This document shows, piece after piece, positions 30,384 through 40,468 of a stretch of 64,000 nt of DNA (positions within the stretch are counted from its first letter, which is position 1; the number at the start of each line of letters is the position of its first letter). Source of the DNA: Paramoeba atlantica (lineage: Eukaryota > Protista > Discosea); NCBI GenBank assembly GCA_977017575.1, contig CDRNVI010000093.1:29571-93570 (forward strand), in the 5' to 3' direction. A program made the translations under genes and the position numbers. The notes under the pieces were generated by a model. The model searched no databases and was not told the DNA's origin. It saw only the letters and a list, made by a program, of their open reading frames with translations.

Positions 30384-30760
30384 ATTGAACGAAGTTTGCA
30401 CACTTTTTCAAAAACAAATTAAAACGATCTTATTATTATTTGCTTCTGTTGCTTGCAAAAGATATAGTTTAGAATCTTTGCTTGTATCCTTGACCTTTTT
30501 ACGTTCTCAGGTACGGGTGAAATCATGGTCAATCACTTTGATGGTGGGTTTTGTTGTGAGTGTCTTGAAATGAACTGTGTCACACGTCTTCCGTTTATTG
30601 AGGTTAAGTGAGGTTAAGCCCTCTGGTACGAGTTTTGTTGGATGTGGCATTGTTTTGTGCGGAAATCGTCTTGTCTGCATCATTTTGATTTTCTTTGGAA
30701 TTCGTTGATATTTGGTCACTTTTAGAATTTTTTTTACAAAGTGTGCAAACTTCGTTCAAT
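30384..30760. mobile_element. Degenerate MITE-like element bounded by 23-bp perfect inverted repeats
   Basis: ATTGAACGAAGTTTGCACACTTT (30384-30406) and its exact reverse complement (30738-30760). No clean TA target-site duplication. Confidence 0.55.
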
Positions 30761-30846
30761 CTGACCAACCAACGCAATAAAGAACAAGTAGAGTCAATTA
30801 AGTAATGGTGAACCTAAGATAAAGCTAGAAAAATATGTTGTTGTTT

Positions 30847-32367
30847 TTAAAGTGTGAAAATGTCGTCACTGTAGTTTCTGTGTAGAGAATCAGTCGACTG
30901 TGGAGTCTCATCATTAGGAAGCGGTGAATACAAACCTCTCGGGTGAGGCCGAAAATTGCGTCCCACGTAGGCATAAAATAAGAAGTTACAAACCTCGTTC
31001 ACGACTGAGGCCATCCAAAGGTTCTGGTAAGCCAAAATGTTCTCCAGAAAACTGACCCCAATGCGTGTGGTATAAATGTAACCTACGATAAGAAGATAAT
31101 GGGTACGAAACTGACGTAGACGATGGAGATTCAAACGTGATTTCTCCTCGTCATCCGTTTCGACAAGTGTGTTAATCGACCAGACTGTAGGAAGAAGCAC
31201 AGCGCAGCAACATACTACATCCAACAAAGGGAGAATATCCCACCAGAAGCCCCAGGCCACGCTTCCTTCACTCGTTTCTTGTATGACAATTGCTGCTATA
31301 TTGATCAGAAGCTGCAAAGGAAGAACAAACATTAGGACGTTTTTATCTCGATCGTTGAGGCATGGCTTCAGAAAACTCCACCCGGTACCGAGCAGCATGA
31401 TAACTGTAAACATTACGAGACCCTTCAAAGTAAGAAAGACATAGTAAAAAACGGTCCAGGCATTGATTAAGTCTGATGCAGCCCGGGTGGCGTAACGCAT
31501 TGAGGTGAAGAAAGCACTGAGCGTCTTTAAGACTATCAGCGCCGTCATAAAACGATGAATTTTGTGTACCCATTGTTTGTGGAGTGAACAGTCTCGGATC
31601 CACAGAACGGTAAGGAGAAGGAACAGCGCCGTAGCCACGTAGTAAACTCGTACGAGAGGCTCGTATCCTATGCCTAGATAGTTACGGCGATCCGTTTTTG
31701 GTTCTGTATTGTACATTGAATATCGAAGCACGAAGTTCGCTCTAGCTCCATCATTCCAATCAGCGCTCGAGTCAGTGCCTTCCTTGTTCGGTTGTTTACA
31801 ATTGTAAAAAAAAAGAGCGTATAGGTTCGGTTCTGAGATGAAAAATCGAACTTTGTAAGTTGTGGCGTCAACAGAGAACTCTGCGGCCCCTATCGGAGCC
31901 AAGTGAGAAAAGGACTTACCTAAAAGCAAGTCAACAGACAGCGCCACATGAGGGGCTCGATGCTGTAACCAGTCTTCTAGGGGCATGGTACGGCGTCGGT
32001 TCGGCTGGTCCACGTGTGGTACCACCAGCGGGTCGTCAATGAAGCACTTCCCGCGTATCGGTTCTTCGAAAGTGCCGTAGTTGCGTTCCATACGAGCATA
32101 TGACGCACTCGGCACGGCGTCTAAAGTAAATCCCACGGGCTCTCTCGTTTCATGAAGGTGTGCATCTTTGAGAGAGAAGCCCTCGATTTCAAGCTCGAAA
32201 ACACCTGAATTAGAATATCCAAAGGTACCAAAATCAATCACTCGCCTTGGGTCATCCGTGATGCGAATCTCTGTGGAAGCGGCCACAGTAGAAAGCCAAG
32301 ACAAGTAGAAGTTGTTGTGTAGCAGCGCACAGCAAAGAATGAGTATTCTTCCAAGTGGAAATAGCAT
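30847..32367 (-). CDS. GPR107/GPR108-like (lung seven-transmembrane receptor family) Golgi membrane protein
   Basis: Signal peptide, luminal domain (DDPRRVIDFGTFGY), then 7 hydrophobic segments with the family blocks LLGTGWSFLKPCLNDRDKNVLMFVLPLQ, DVVCCCAVLLPTVWSI and FRTHYLLIVGYIYTTRI. Confidence 0.9.
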   Translation of the reverse strand: MLFPLGRILILCCALLHNNFYLSWLSTVAASTEIRITDDPRRVIDFGTFGYSNSGVFELEIEGFSLKDAHLHETREPVGFTLDAVPSASYARMERNYGTFEEPIRGKCFIDDPLVVPHVDQPNRRRTMPLEDWLQHRAPHVALSVDLLLGKSFSHLAPIGAAEFSVDATTYKVRFFISEPNLYALFFYNCKQPNKEGTDSSADWNDGARANFVLRYSMYNTEPKTDRRNYLGIGYEPLVRVYYVATALFLLLTVLWIRDCSLHKQWVHKIHRFMTALIVLKTLSAFFTSMRYATRAASDLINAWTVFYYVFLTLKGLVMFTVIMLLGTGWSFLKPCLNDRDKNVLMFVLPLQLLINIAAIVIQETSEGSVAWGFWWDILPLLDVVCCCAVLLPTVWSINTLVETDDEEKSRLNLHRLRQFRTHYLLIVGYIYTTRIGVSFLENILAYQNLWMASVVNEVCNFLFYAYVGRNFRPHPRGLYSPLPNDETPQSTDSLHRNYSDDIFTL

Positions 32368-32470
32368 AAATCAAAATGAATCTCTTGGGGAAATGCCTAT
32401 AAAGATATTTTAAGAAAAAGATTATAAAATGCTGAGTCACAACATATGGTGTATAAAGAGGAGAGTAGTA

Positions 32471-32803
32471 CTCCTCTTCTCATTAATTTCTATAAATACC
32501 ATTCCTAATTTTTCAGAAAAAAAATCTTAGTTTTTCAAAAAAATATGCTTTTGAAAAAAAAAACAGGAAAAGCTAGGATAGAGGGGAGAACACCGCAGAA
32601 AAATTTGACCCTCACTTCCGACAAGGGCCTTGGATCTCACGTTCCGCGATAGCTTATCGCAGAAAAATAGTGTTTTTCCATCAGGCAGGATCATTAATCA
32701 GGACTTTTTGCCTAACCATTCTCATTAATTTCTATAAATAAAAAAACAAATATAAATTTTCTGTTTTGTTATAATTAATATTTATAGAAATTAAAGAGAG
32801 GAG
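32471..32803. mobile_element. 333-bp TA-flanked MITE with Stowaway-like (CTCCTCT...) termini
   Basis: TA|CTCCTCTTCTCATTAATTTCTATAAATA...TATTTATAGAAATTAAAGAGAGGAG|TA, with an extra internal copy of the left TIR at 32719-32740. Confidence 0.7.
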
Positions 32804-32874
32804 TATTCCTATAGTACAAAAAATACTGTGTTATGCAACCCATTTGTATAAAAAACTACTCAGTCATGTCCTCC

Positions 32875-33750
32875 TTATTCAAAGGAGGTCGCGTACCCTA
32901 CAGGATTTATTACCGCTGTTTCGCGTAGGGAATACAGCGTTCTTGCCCTCCGATTCTTCTCCTCTGCGTCATAACACTGAGGAAACACCCGCGAGACATT
33001 GATACATTGATTACAACGGGCGCCCGTAAAAGGCTTAGCACAAAATTCGCAGTGGTCCCCGGTCCACCCATTCTTGCACTCATACACACAATGTCCCTCC
33101 TCCATGCTGTAGAACCCATGGCGGGCAGTGGGGCCCACATCCCCTTGTGGGAGAGCACATGTAAATCGTTCCGCATGTCGCACAATCTTGCCTTCACGGG
33201 AGGTCAAATGGTTCACGAAGGAGAGGTTGCGGCAGTAGGGGAACTCCTGGAGGCGTTCCGTGCACTGATTACATCGAGGACCTGCAAACGGGGCAGGGCA
33301 CCGCTCACAGCACTCTCCTTCCCACATAAACGTACAGCGCCGGCACAGGCATCGTTGGGAGGTGGCATTCCAATAGACCTCCTCTGCACGATCCCCGCAG
33401 GTCACGGCGTGGTTACACGGGGGATGGTGGTCGGTGCCTTGTGCTGCTCTGGAGTGAGCCTCGTACAGATACTTCCCGTCCCCGCAGTAGGGGAACACTC
33501 CGCGGACGCCATCAGAGGATGACGTGGTGAGCTCAGGATTCAAGAGTAAGGCGTGAGGGTACGACCCGTCGCGGTCGTCAATCACACACATGTCACACTG
33601 AGGACCGCCAAAGGGGAAAGGGCATAGGTCGCAGTTGTCTCCAAGGAGCATATTTCGTCCGCAGACTCTGCCCACGTTAACGTTGTTCGGAGTTGTGATG
33701 TACGCGGTGACGGAGGGGAGTAGGAGAAGGAGCGGCACAGCGTGTATCAT
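32875..33750 (-). CDS. Secreted cysteine-rich EGF/laminin-EGF-like repeat protein, paralogue 1
   Basis: Signal peptide MIHAVPLLLLLPSVTA and three C..CP.PF.G..C..C units; no TM segment or obvious GPI signal. Confidence 0.85.
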   Translation of the reverse strand: MIHAVPLLLLLPSVTAYITTPNNVNVGRVCGRNMLLGDNCDLCPFPFGGPQCDMCVIDDRDGSYPHALLLNPELTTSSSDGVRGVFPYCGDGKYLYEAHSRAAQGTDHHPPCNHAVTCGDRAEEVYWNATSQRCLCRRCTFMWEGECCERCPAPFAGPRCNQCTERLQEFPYCRNLSFVNHLTSREGKIVRHAERFTCALPQGDVGPTARHGFYSMEEGHCVYECKNGWTGDHCEFCAKPFTGARCNQCINVSRVFPQCYDAEEKNRRARTLYSLRETAVINPVGYATSFE

Positions 33751-34024
33751 GGCAGGGGTAAATTGTGAAAATAATACTGTGAAAATTGATAGTAAAAAGG
33801 GTAGGAGGATTTAAAGATACAGTCGTAGTACAAGACTCCAGATTCGGTGCACGTCTTTCCTCTTACATTTTTTCACTAACGGCTACTAGTACGTTCCTAG
33901 AACTGAATTCGAGTCTCAAAAACTGTTTTTTAACCTAATCGCACTACTTTGTAGTCTAGTGAAGTAATCTATCATACAGAGACTCCATTCGGGGCTTTTT
34001 CCCTTCCGCCCTTGGTTAAGCTTT

Positions 34025-35251
34025 CTACTCCGTGACATTCGCACCATACCCTACTGGGTGCAACACCGCCGTTCCTCGAAACAAATGCAGCCGCTTCGCA
34101 CGAAAATTTTCCTCATTCGTGGCGTAACACATCGGAAACGAGCGGTCACCCTCTATACACTCATCACAATTCCTCCCCGTAAACGGTTTCGGACAGTACT
34201 CACACCGGTTCCCCGTCCACCCCTGCGTACACTCCGCCGTACACTGCCCCAGCTCCCAATTATAAAACACCCGTCTCGGCTCCCCATTCGCCTCCCACGC
34301 CGTCGCGCCACAATCCAGCCTCCCCCACCTCGAATCCCACACCCGTTTCACCGTCCCCCACACCCCCGTCTCCCTACACCCCGGGTACACCTGACTCGGG
34401 TCCATACACTCGTTACACCTCTCCCCTTTAAACGGGGCCCGGCAGCTCTCACACCGCTCCCCCTCCCCCTCCCACATGTGGGTACACTGCCGGCACACAC
34501 AGCGTTTACTCCCGTAGTCGTACTCCGCCCGCTCCGCCCGTCCCTCACACAGTGTAGTCACATTACAATAAGGAACAAAGGAAGAAACAGAAGATGGAGA
34601 AGAAGATGGAGAAGAAGATGAAGAAGAAGATGAAAAAGAAGAAGAAGAAGAAGACCCAGCCGCCTCCGCTGCCGCAATGGCCTCCGGGGTCGCATACCCC
34701 CAGGGGGCACGACTGGGGACCACCGCGGGGCAGTGCGGGTAGGGGTGGAGCCAGGCTTGCAGGAGGCTGCGGTCCCGGAGACACCGGTTGCAGTGGGGCC
34801 CGCCAAAGGGGAGGGGGCACAGGTCGCACTGGGTCCCGGTCCAGGAGTGGGGGCAGCGGGGGTGGGAGGGGTGGAGGGATTCGGGGGCCAGGGAGGGGGG
34901 GGGAGGGGGGGAAGAGGGGGAGGGGGGGGCATAGGGTGCGGGGGGTGCAGGGATCGGGGATGTGGGGTCGTTGTAGAGGGGGCGGTCGTTCCAGTAGGTT
35001 ACGGGGTCGGGGTAGAGGCTGGAGGAGGGGGTGAGGGTGGTGGGAGGGGTGGTGGTGGTGGGAGGGAGGGGAGAGGGGTGGAGGCCAAGGAGGGTGGCCA
35101 ACCACAGGGTTGTGGTGGTAAGCATGAAGGAGTAGGGGGTAGGGAAGTGGGGTTTAAGTCCGCAAAAGTGGAGAAATAGTTTGCATGACGTTGGTATAAA
35201 AGGATTACTACAAATTTGTGGTAATGCCATTAACTCGTTCGTTTCAATCAA
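34025..35251 (-). CDS. Secreted cysteine-rich EGF-like repeat protein, paralogue 2, with Pro/Thr/Ser low-complexity insertions; probable start at 35125
   Basis: Same unit order as paralogue 1 (CDLCPLPFGGPHCNRC; CESCRAPFKGERCNEC; CEYCPKPFTGRNCDEC) and a shared C-terminus R.TAV..PVGY. Confidence 0.85.
   Translation of the reverse strand: MIETNELMALPQICSNPFIPTSCKLFLHFCGLKPHFPTPYSFMLTTTTLWLATLLGLHPSPLPPTTTTPPTTLTPSSSLYPDPVTYWNDRPLYNDPTSPIPAPPAPYAPPSPSSPPPPPSLAPESLHPSHPRCPHSWTGTQCDLCPLPFGGPHCNRCLRDRSLLQAWLHPYPHCPAVVPSRAPWGYATPEAIAAAEAAGSSSSSSFSSSSSSSSPSSSPSSVSSFVPYCNVTTLCEGRAERAEYDYGSKRCVCRQCTHMWEGEGERCESCRAPFKGERCNECMDPSQVYPGCRETGVWGTVKRVWDSRWGRLDCGATAWEANGEPRRVFYNWELGQCTAECTQGWTGNRCEYCPKPFTGRNCDECIEGDRSFPMCYATNEENFRAKRLHLFRGTAVLHPVGYGANVTE
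34250..35165. other. GC-rich strand-skew island (plus strand C-rich, then a GAA tract, then G-rich)
   Basis: C runs at about 34250-34560, (GAA)n-like at 34575-34655 and dense G runs at 34850-35160. Confidence 0.8.
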
Positions 35252-35527
35252 TCAATGCACGGAAAGAAATTGGACAGAAACTAAAAAACCGGTCCACACC
35301 CCCTGTGGTCGACTGGTTGATTTTCAGAGAGAATCTATAAAAACTACACTCTACTGTAGTATGTCTTAAATACTAGTGTGTGTCCTTCATGCAGTAGATA
35401 TTCTACTGCATGTGCTGCTGAAGGTGTAAGCATGAAATACGCGCTAGCCTAAGCCTGGAATTAAAATATCTTGGCTTTTCGTCATGTACACATACAGCAA
35501 GCGAACCTGGCCAAGATACAAGTTTGT

Positions 35528-36613
35528 TTAGTCCCTGCGATGTAGCGGTGAAAAGCTCCGCCTTCTCGGTATCGCAGGTATGTATGATAATTTCGTTGGC
35601 ATCTCCCGTGCCGTCATCGGGATGGATGTCAGTTCCTCGAAGGAAACTTTGTCTTTCATGCCTACGGCGTGCACGCCTGAGTAGACTGATGTGGAATTTT
35701 GGCGCCACGGACGATCATACAATTTCGTAATTGTGGGTCTCGCATAGGTTCCCAAATTCAGATTTGTTCCCCTCAAGTCTCGAGTCCCACGTATGTCTTT
35801 AGAGACCGATTCCTTTATTGGATTGAAGGATTTTTTCATATTAGATAATGAGAGAGCGTTTATCTTATCTTTTAATTCGTCTTTTACATATCCAGATTCG
35901 GGGACAGGCTTTCGAGCTGTCGAATTAAATCCTTGTTCCACGGAGCGTTGTGGAACTTTCGGAGCTTTTAAGTTTGTTCTGTCTTTTTGCGTGGGTGCGT
36001 AAAATGATTGTGACTGCATTTTCTTCGCTTGCTGAGTGCTGAAAGCTGTGTGGGGATCCATTGAAGAAACTTTGGGTTGGTGTGATCTCTGTGTCAGTGC
36101 ACCAGCGAGAAAGGCATGATTCGCTGCAACGTGGCAGTGAGATTTCTTAGCAGCATAAAAATTATCGGAATGAGGATTCGGAGCCTCATTTATGCCCGAC
36201 GTGTTGCGTGCAGCTTTTTGCCATGTGTTTCCTAATCGAGCCGAACGTATATTTTGTTTAGATGGGAGCAATACGTCATTTGAGAACGAAAGTTTCGGCA
36301 TCGTTACATTTCCATGTTGTACTGTTTCCTTTCGAATCGCTATCGTATTCACAATCGGGGCACCTAAGCTTGTATCCTCATGGTCGGGCTGACGCAACAT
36401 AGATAATACTCGTTTTTCTGTTTCTTGAAGTGTATCCAGGTAGTATTTTTGAAGATTCTGAAGTGCTTCACGAAGTACATTATTCTCTCGAAGTTGATCT
36501 CGATAGCGCCTTCGAATCTCGTCTATGTCATTGCTGTCTGCGACATTTTCTAACTCAGTTGCCTGTTTGTTATTTTGGGCAAGGCTCAAATTTCTCATCG
36601 CGTCACTGAACAT
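35528..36613 (-). CDS. Hypothetical protein with an N-terminal coiled coil
   Basis: 361-aa ORF; IRRRYRDQLRENNVLREALQNLQKYYLDTLQETEKRV is heptad-like. Confidence 0.7.
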   Translation of the reverse strand: MFSDAMRNLSLAQNNKQATELENVADSNDIDEIRRRYRDQLRENNVLREALQNLQKYYLDTLQETEKRVLSMLRQPDHEDTSLGAPIVNTIAIRKETVQHGNVTMPKLSFSNDVLLPSKQNIRSARLGNTWQKAARNTSGINEAPNPHSDNFYAAKKSHCHVAANHAFLAGALTQRSHQPKVSSMDPHTAFSTQQAKKMQSQSFYAPTQKDRTNLKAPKVPQRSVEQGFNSTARKPVPESGYVKDELKDKINALSLSNMKKSFNPIKESVSKDIRGTRDLRGTNLNLGTYARPTITKLYDRPWRQNSTSVYSGVHAVGMKDKVSFEELTSIPMTAREMPTKLSYIPAIPRRRSFSPLHRRD

Positions 36614-37035
36614 TTTCTTGTTCAGTCTATTTTCTATTATAACTATAAATGACCTGTCTTATTTTCTAAAACGAACTTAATCTTGTAAACTTGTGCAATG
36701 TACCATTTACCAAATTTATGACCGTTCCTGTACGGGAAATATAGAAAGAATGTAAAAGAGTGGGGCCGCTTCTTGTAAAGAATTAAATAATTGCATTAAG
36801 TAATTTTTTAAGGCAAGCTTCTGACACTAATTTTATGTACATGTGTTTGAAATCACGCCGGACCAAACTTTATAAAACTGACGACAACGTATCAAAGAAA
36901 ACGAAAAGAAATGGGGCAACTAGTGCAAATGCTTACATTTTTGGTACAGATATTTTACAGATTTTTTATCTAGGCTACCATAATTCCATAATTCCACGAA
37001 CGGTATAAGCTCGCAATCCCTGATCTGTAAACTTT

Positions 37036-38805
37036 TTATGATATACACGCCGTGACCGATGCTCGAGTGTGAAGAAATGTGAGGGAATCTCCTAAGCCTC
37101 CGGAAACAAGCGGCCCAATTTGGCCGGGAGTGAACAAACAGCTGGATTTTACTCCTCCGGGGTTAGATATGTGACCCCGATACAACATTTTGTTAATCAC
37201 TGCAGCCCTATCAAGTTTATTTTCGTCTCGATCATCAGCAGGTCCCCCGATCAGGCATCGAATGGCAAGATTCCATTGGCTTGAACAGCTGTGCACATCA
37301 TCCATGCTTTTGTTAGAAAAGGATAACCATAATCTGTTCTCGTTCGTGAATGCCTGTGTAACGTCATCTCTAGCACCTTTGCCACTGGGAGAAATGCTAT
37401 TTTTCTCTTCGACATTGTTTTTTACCCCATGCAGTTGCGCATCAGATTTTACATCCGAATTTTTCCCTCCCTTCGACAGAGAGAAGGGTTCCGCTTGTTT
37501 GCGTGTATCGTTCTTCATTGTTTCCTCAGCTGCATCGCTAGAAATGATAAATCCGTACTGGTCCTTTTTTGCGCGGGACCGAGCAGCTTTCAGGATTTCT
37601 CCCGCCCAGTTGTGAGCGTCTGTTTGCTTTGAAACGGTACCCAAGATAATTCGGGAGCCCGCATTTATGGTTTTGCCGTACGTGGACGGGAGAGGCTGCA
37701 GGCAAAGCACTGAATCGGGTGAACCGGGCATTCTGGACCCCCAGAGGTACTGCGTATGAGAAATGGGATCCAATATTTTCGCGTACACATCTCCTGGAAG
37801 TGCCTCGGGAAAAAGATTCTGTAGTCGTTGGAGGGATGGAATTCCGTCAAGTTCTGCTATCACGGGCATTTCGGAAAACGACGCCGGCATGTTTTCTCCC
37901 GTATTGGATGATGTAAGCACACTTACCAGCTTCGCCTCTGGATCCTCCACGACTTGGGTATCCACCTTCGTAACAATACACTCCACACTCTTCTGGGGAC
38001 TTTCTCCCGTGTCAGACTCCTCTGTGACAGGAGAAGACACATACGGCGGAACCACTGAGACATCCACCTCTACCCCTCCACCCCAAAATCCAACTCCCGC
38101 CACCTCACCACACGACTCTTGCTCCTCCGCACCTTTCTCTCCCTCTTCCCTGGCCCCATTCATCACCCACATCCCGGGTTGGTTCTGAAACGTCGGGACC
38201 AACCCCCCAACACACCTGTGGAACCGCTCACAGTACCGTTCCAACCTTCGCTGTGCCCACCGAACATCACGTTCGGCAATATGCGCGTCACAAAACAGCA
38301 AGGCGGTGGCACTCCCGCCCCCTTCCCGTCCACACGCCGCGACCTCCTGCCACGATCGCAGCGGGACCACACGGGCTCCCGGGAGATGCGCCACAGCGAT
38401 GGACACAAACCCCCCGGCAACGAGCTGACGAGGGGCGACCACGCTAAGTGCAACCATCCCGTTTAAATGGTGAGCCCCCCAGTGGTTGCGCAGACACGAT
38501 CGAAGCGCCCTGTGCGCGTGTCGGGCCTCGTTGTGCTTTGCGCTGACTAGCATGTAGGTGAGATGGGGGACTAAGGAGGTACCAATTTGAAGTTGTGCAC
38601 GTCCCAAGGCGTCCAGCACGGCGTGGGTGATGTCTACCTCCGCGGAGGATGCGAACCCGTAGCGTCGGGGTAGGGTGCGAGGGAGTTCAATTCCAGCGCG
38701 TAGGGTGTGAGGAGTCACATGAAACATGAAGAAAATGGTGACATAGCTTAAAAAAATGAATTCGTTGCAGTGAATATGTGTAGAGTGGAGAATGAGGTGT
38801 AGCAA
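37036..38805 (-). CDS. FIST-domain protein (FBXO22 C-terminal-like); probable start at 38727
   Basis: FIST-like blocks VSIAVAHLPGARV, VGGLVP, VAGVGFWGGGVEVDVSVV, IAELDGIPSLQRL and C-terminal LFTPGQIGP...LHTRASV. Confidence 0.65.
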   Translation of the reverse strand: MLHLILHSTHIHCNEFIFLSYVTIFFMFHVTPHTLRAGIELPRTLPRRYGFASSAEVDITHAVLDALGRAQLQIGTSLVPHLTYMLVSAKHNEARHAHRALRSCLRNHWGAHHLNGMVALSVVAPRQLVAGGFVSIAVAHLPGARVVPLRSWQEVAACGREGGGSATALLFCDAHIAERDVRWAQRRLERYCERFHRCVGGLVPTFQNQPGMWVMNGAREEGEKGAEEQESCGEVAGVGFWGGGVEVDVSVVPPYVSSPVTEESDTGESPQKSVECIVTKVDTQVVEDPEAKLVSVLTSSNTGENMPASFSEMPVIAELDGIPSLQRLQNLFPEALPGDVYAKILDPISHTQYLWGSRMPGSPDSVLCLQPLPSTYGKTINAGSRIILGTVSKQTDAHNWAGEILKAARSRAKKDQYGFIISSDAAEETMKNDTRKQAEPFSLSKGGKNSDVKSDAQLHGVKNNVEEKNSISPSGKGARDDVTQAFTNENRLWLSFSNKSMDDVHSCSSQWNLAIRCLIGGPADDRDENKLDRAAVINKMLYRGHISNPGGVKSSCLFTPGQIGPLVSGGLGDSLTFLHTRASVTACIS

Positions 38806-39034
38806 CTTTTTTTAAGCGCACCACGACAGTGAGCGCTTACGCGCGTTCAAGCACTTGTAAGAAAGTATGAGCTGTTGCACAGCTGTAAATTGTGGTGGTT
38901 GTATAAGTCCCGCTCTACCTCCGATTATTAAGAAGAAGTCAACAAAAACAGTGAAATTATGAAGGGGGACACGGTAATACAGTACAAGAAAAATAAATTA
39001 TTCTTCATCTTTTCGATAATGTTTTCTTTTTTGT

Positions 39035-39076
39035 GCGCTTCGCTAAAACGCAGAGGTAGTTTTCAACGCGAAGCGC
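39035..39076. repeat. Hairpin GCGCTTCGC...GCGAAGCGC; solo relative of the 29878-29966 palindrome
   Basis: 9-bp perfect terminal stem, and 21-bp identity (reverse complement) to 29931-29951. Confidence 0.75.
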
Positions 39077-39286
39077 GCAGCAGTGGTGCCTTCTAAATTG
39101 AAAACAAACACCTCATTTAACGAAGAACTTAAAAAAGAATTACTAATACCTCTTGTCAAAAGCGTCTATCCTTCCTGGATGACTAGTACTTACTAGCCGG
39201 TAAATAGAGTGCTCCAGACCCCTCATTAAAACAGTTTCTAGTCTTTGTGTGTTAATGTCGGTCAATGAAAAAGCAGAATGCTGGTT

Positions 39287-40468
39287 CTACGTTGCATGTG
39301 ACCACATTTTTTCATTATAGGTATCGTATTCATCATCGACCGAGGCAATCTTGGACAATGTATGACTGAGTACAGGATTGTTTTCCGACGCAAAGTAAGA
39401 GTTTTTTGCACTAGTACGTTCATTATCACCAGTAGCTTCTGTAGCGTTCTGCGAACGATATGGCGTAAGCATGGAGCTATTATCCGATCGATTCCAACGC
39501 ATGACTTTCTGAGCCGTGGCTGTCTGTACATTGTCGTGTAAAGGAATATCAAACCACGCGGCAAACAGATCTCCATCAAAGCCAAAATTTTCGTTGTAGT
39601 TTACTAAGAGTTCTTCGCCTGGTGCTATTTCTTTTGTGGCTTGCGCGATCACAAAGTCACTACTCTGTTCTTGATCACTTTCTGTGAAGTGGGTAGTGAA
39701 CTCTTTCCCGGCAAATCCGATACTCATGTTGCAGGCGTTTTCGCTGTGGTTCATCATGTCTAGTAAAGGAAACATTGCGAAAGCATCTCCACGACTCTCG
39801 CTCGTGTTACTATCTGAACTAGTTCCGCATAGCTCTACGGAACGTTTCCTTCCGTAATTTGTATTCGCGAAAGATGGATGCCCATCCCCCGAACGTGACC
39901 ATATCGGCAGGGCACGGCTACGTATCATTGTGTACATCCACACTAAATAATCGTTAAACACCTCAGGAGGCAGACGACACTGTGCTGCGACGGGAGCTAT
40001 CACATCTTTGTACTCCGCTGTACTCTGCGCTTGGCGTGCAATCGAACGCAGTACTGGAAAATCTTCTCGCACCGATTTCTGTGTCAAGACTCCCCCAGAG
40101 GTTGCAGGAATTGGAAGCACATTGAGGTAGCTCAGACAACGTGAGTCGCGCTGGATGTAAGCCTTCGTCAGCCACACAATCAGTGCGAAAGTGCCCCACT
40201 CCAGGTCTGGCCACCACGCCAAGGTGTGGTCAAAGTCCTCAGGTTCCACACGTAAAGGAAACTCTCCGTCTTGTTCAAAATTCAAGAGACTGAAGGACGA
40301 TGACAGTGGCACAGCTAACGCCACATCTTGAGGCAGCAGGGTTTGAGTAGCAAATAGACCACGTCCTCGAATTCCATTCTTAATACATACGCGATTCCAC
40401 CAGCGTATTCCATGCGTACGAGCCCACACAAGTAGGTGGGTAGCTTCCCTTACAGAGTGCTGCAACAT
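39287..40468 (-). CDS. SET-domain lysine methyltransferase (Rubisco-LSMT/SETD6-like), possibly mitochondrial
   Basis: GIRGRGLFATQ, MFPLLDMMNHS and ATKEIAPGEELLVNY. Confidence 0.88.
   Translation of the reverse strand: MLQHSVREATHLLVWARTHGIRWWNRVCIKNGIRGRGLFATQTLLPQDVALAVPLSSSFSLLNFEQDGEFPLRVEPEDFDHTLAWWPDLEWGTFALIVWLTKAYIQRDSRCLSYLNVLPIPATSGGVLTQKSVREDFPVLRSIARQAQSTAEYKDVIAPVAAQCRLPPEVFNDYLVWMYTMIRSRALPIWSRSGDGHPSFANTNYGRKRSVELCGTSSDSNTSESRGDAFAMFPLLDMMNHSENACNMSIGFAGKEFTTHFTESDQEQSSDFVIAQATKEIAPGEELLVNYNENFGFDGDLFAAWFDIPLHDNVQTATAQKVMRWNRSDNSSMLTPYRSQNATEATGDNERTSAKNSYFASENNPVLSHTLSKIASVDDEYDTYNEKMWSHAT

Noticed and set aside
30507-30719. 70-aa ORF inside the inverted-repeat element
   Set aside because: It has no transposase or other motif and is probably incidental.
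34058-35179. Multiple overlapping ORFs of 120-190 aa on both strands
   Set aside because: These are shadow ORFs caused by stop-codon depletion in the GC-rich island; the EGF-like frame explains the region.
35403-35708. 101-aa minus-strand ORF overlapping the end of 35528-36613
   Set aside because: It is out of frame with, and mostly inside, a longer ORF, with no motif.
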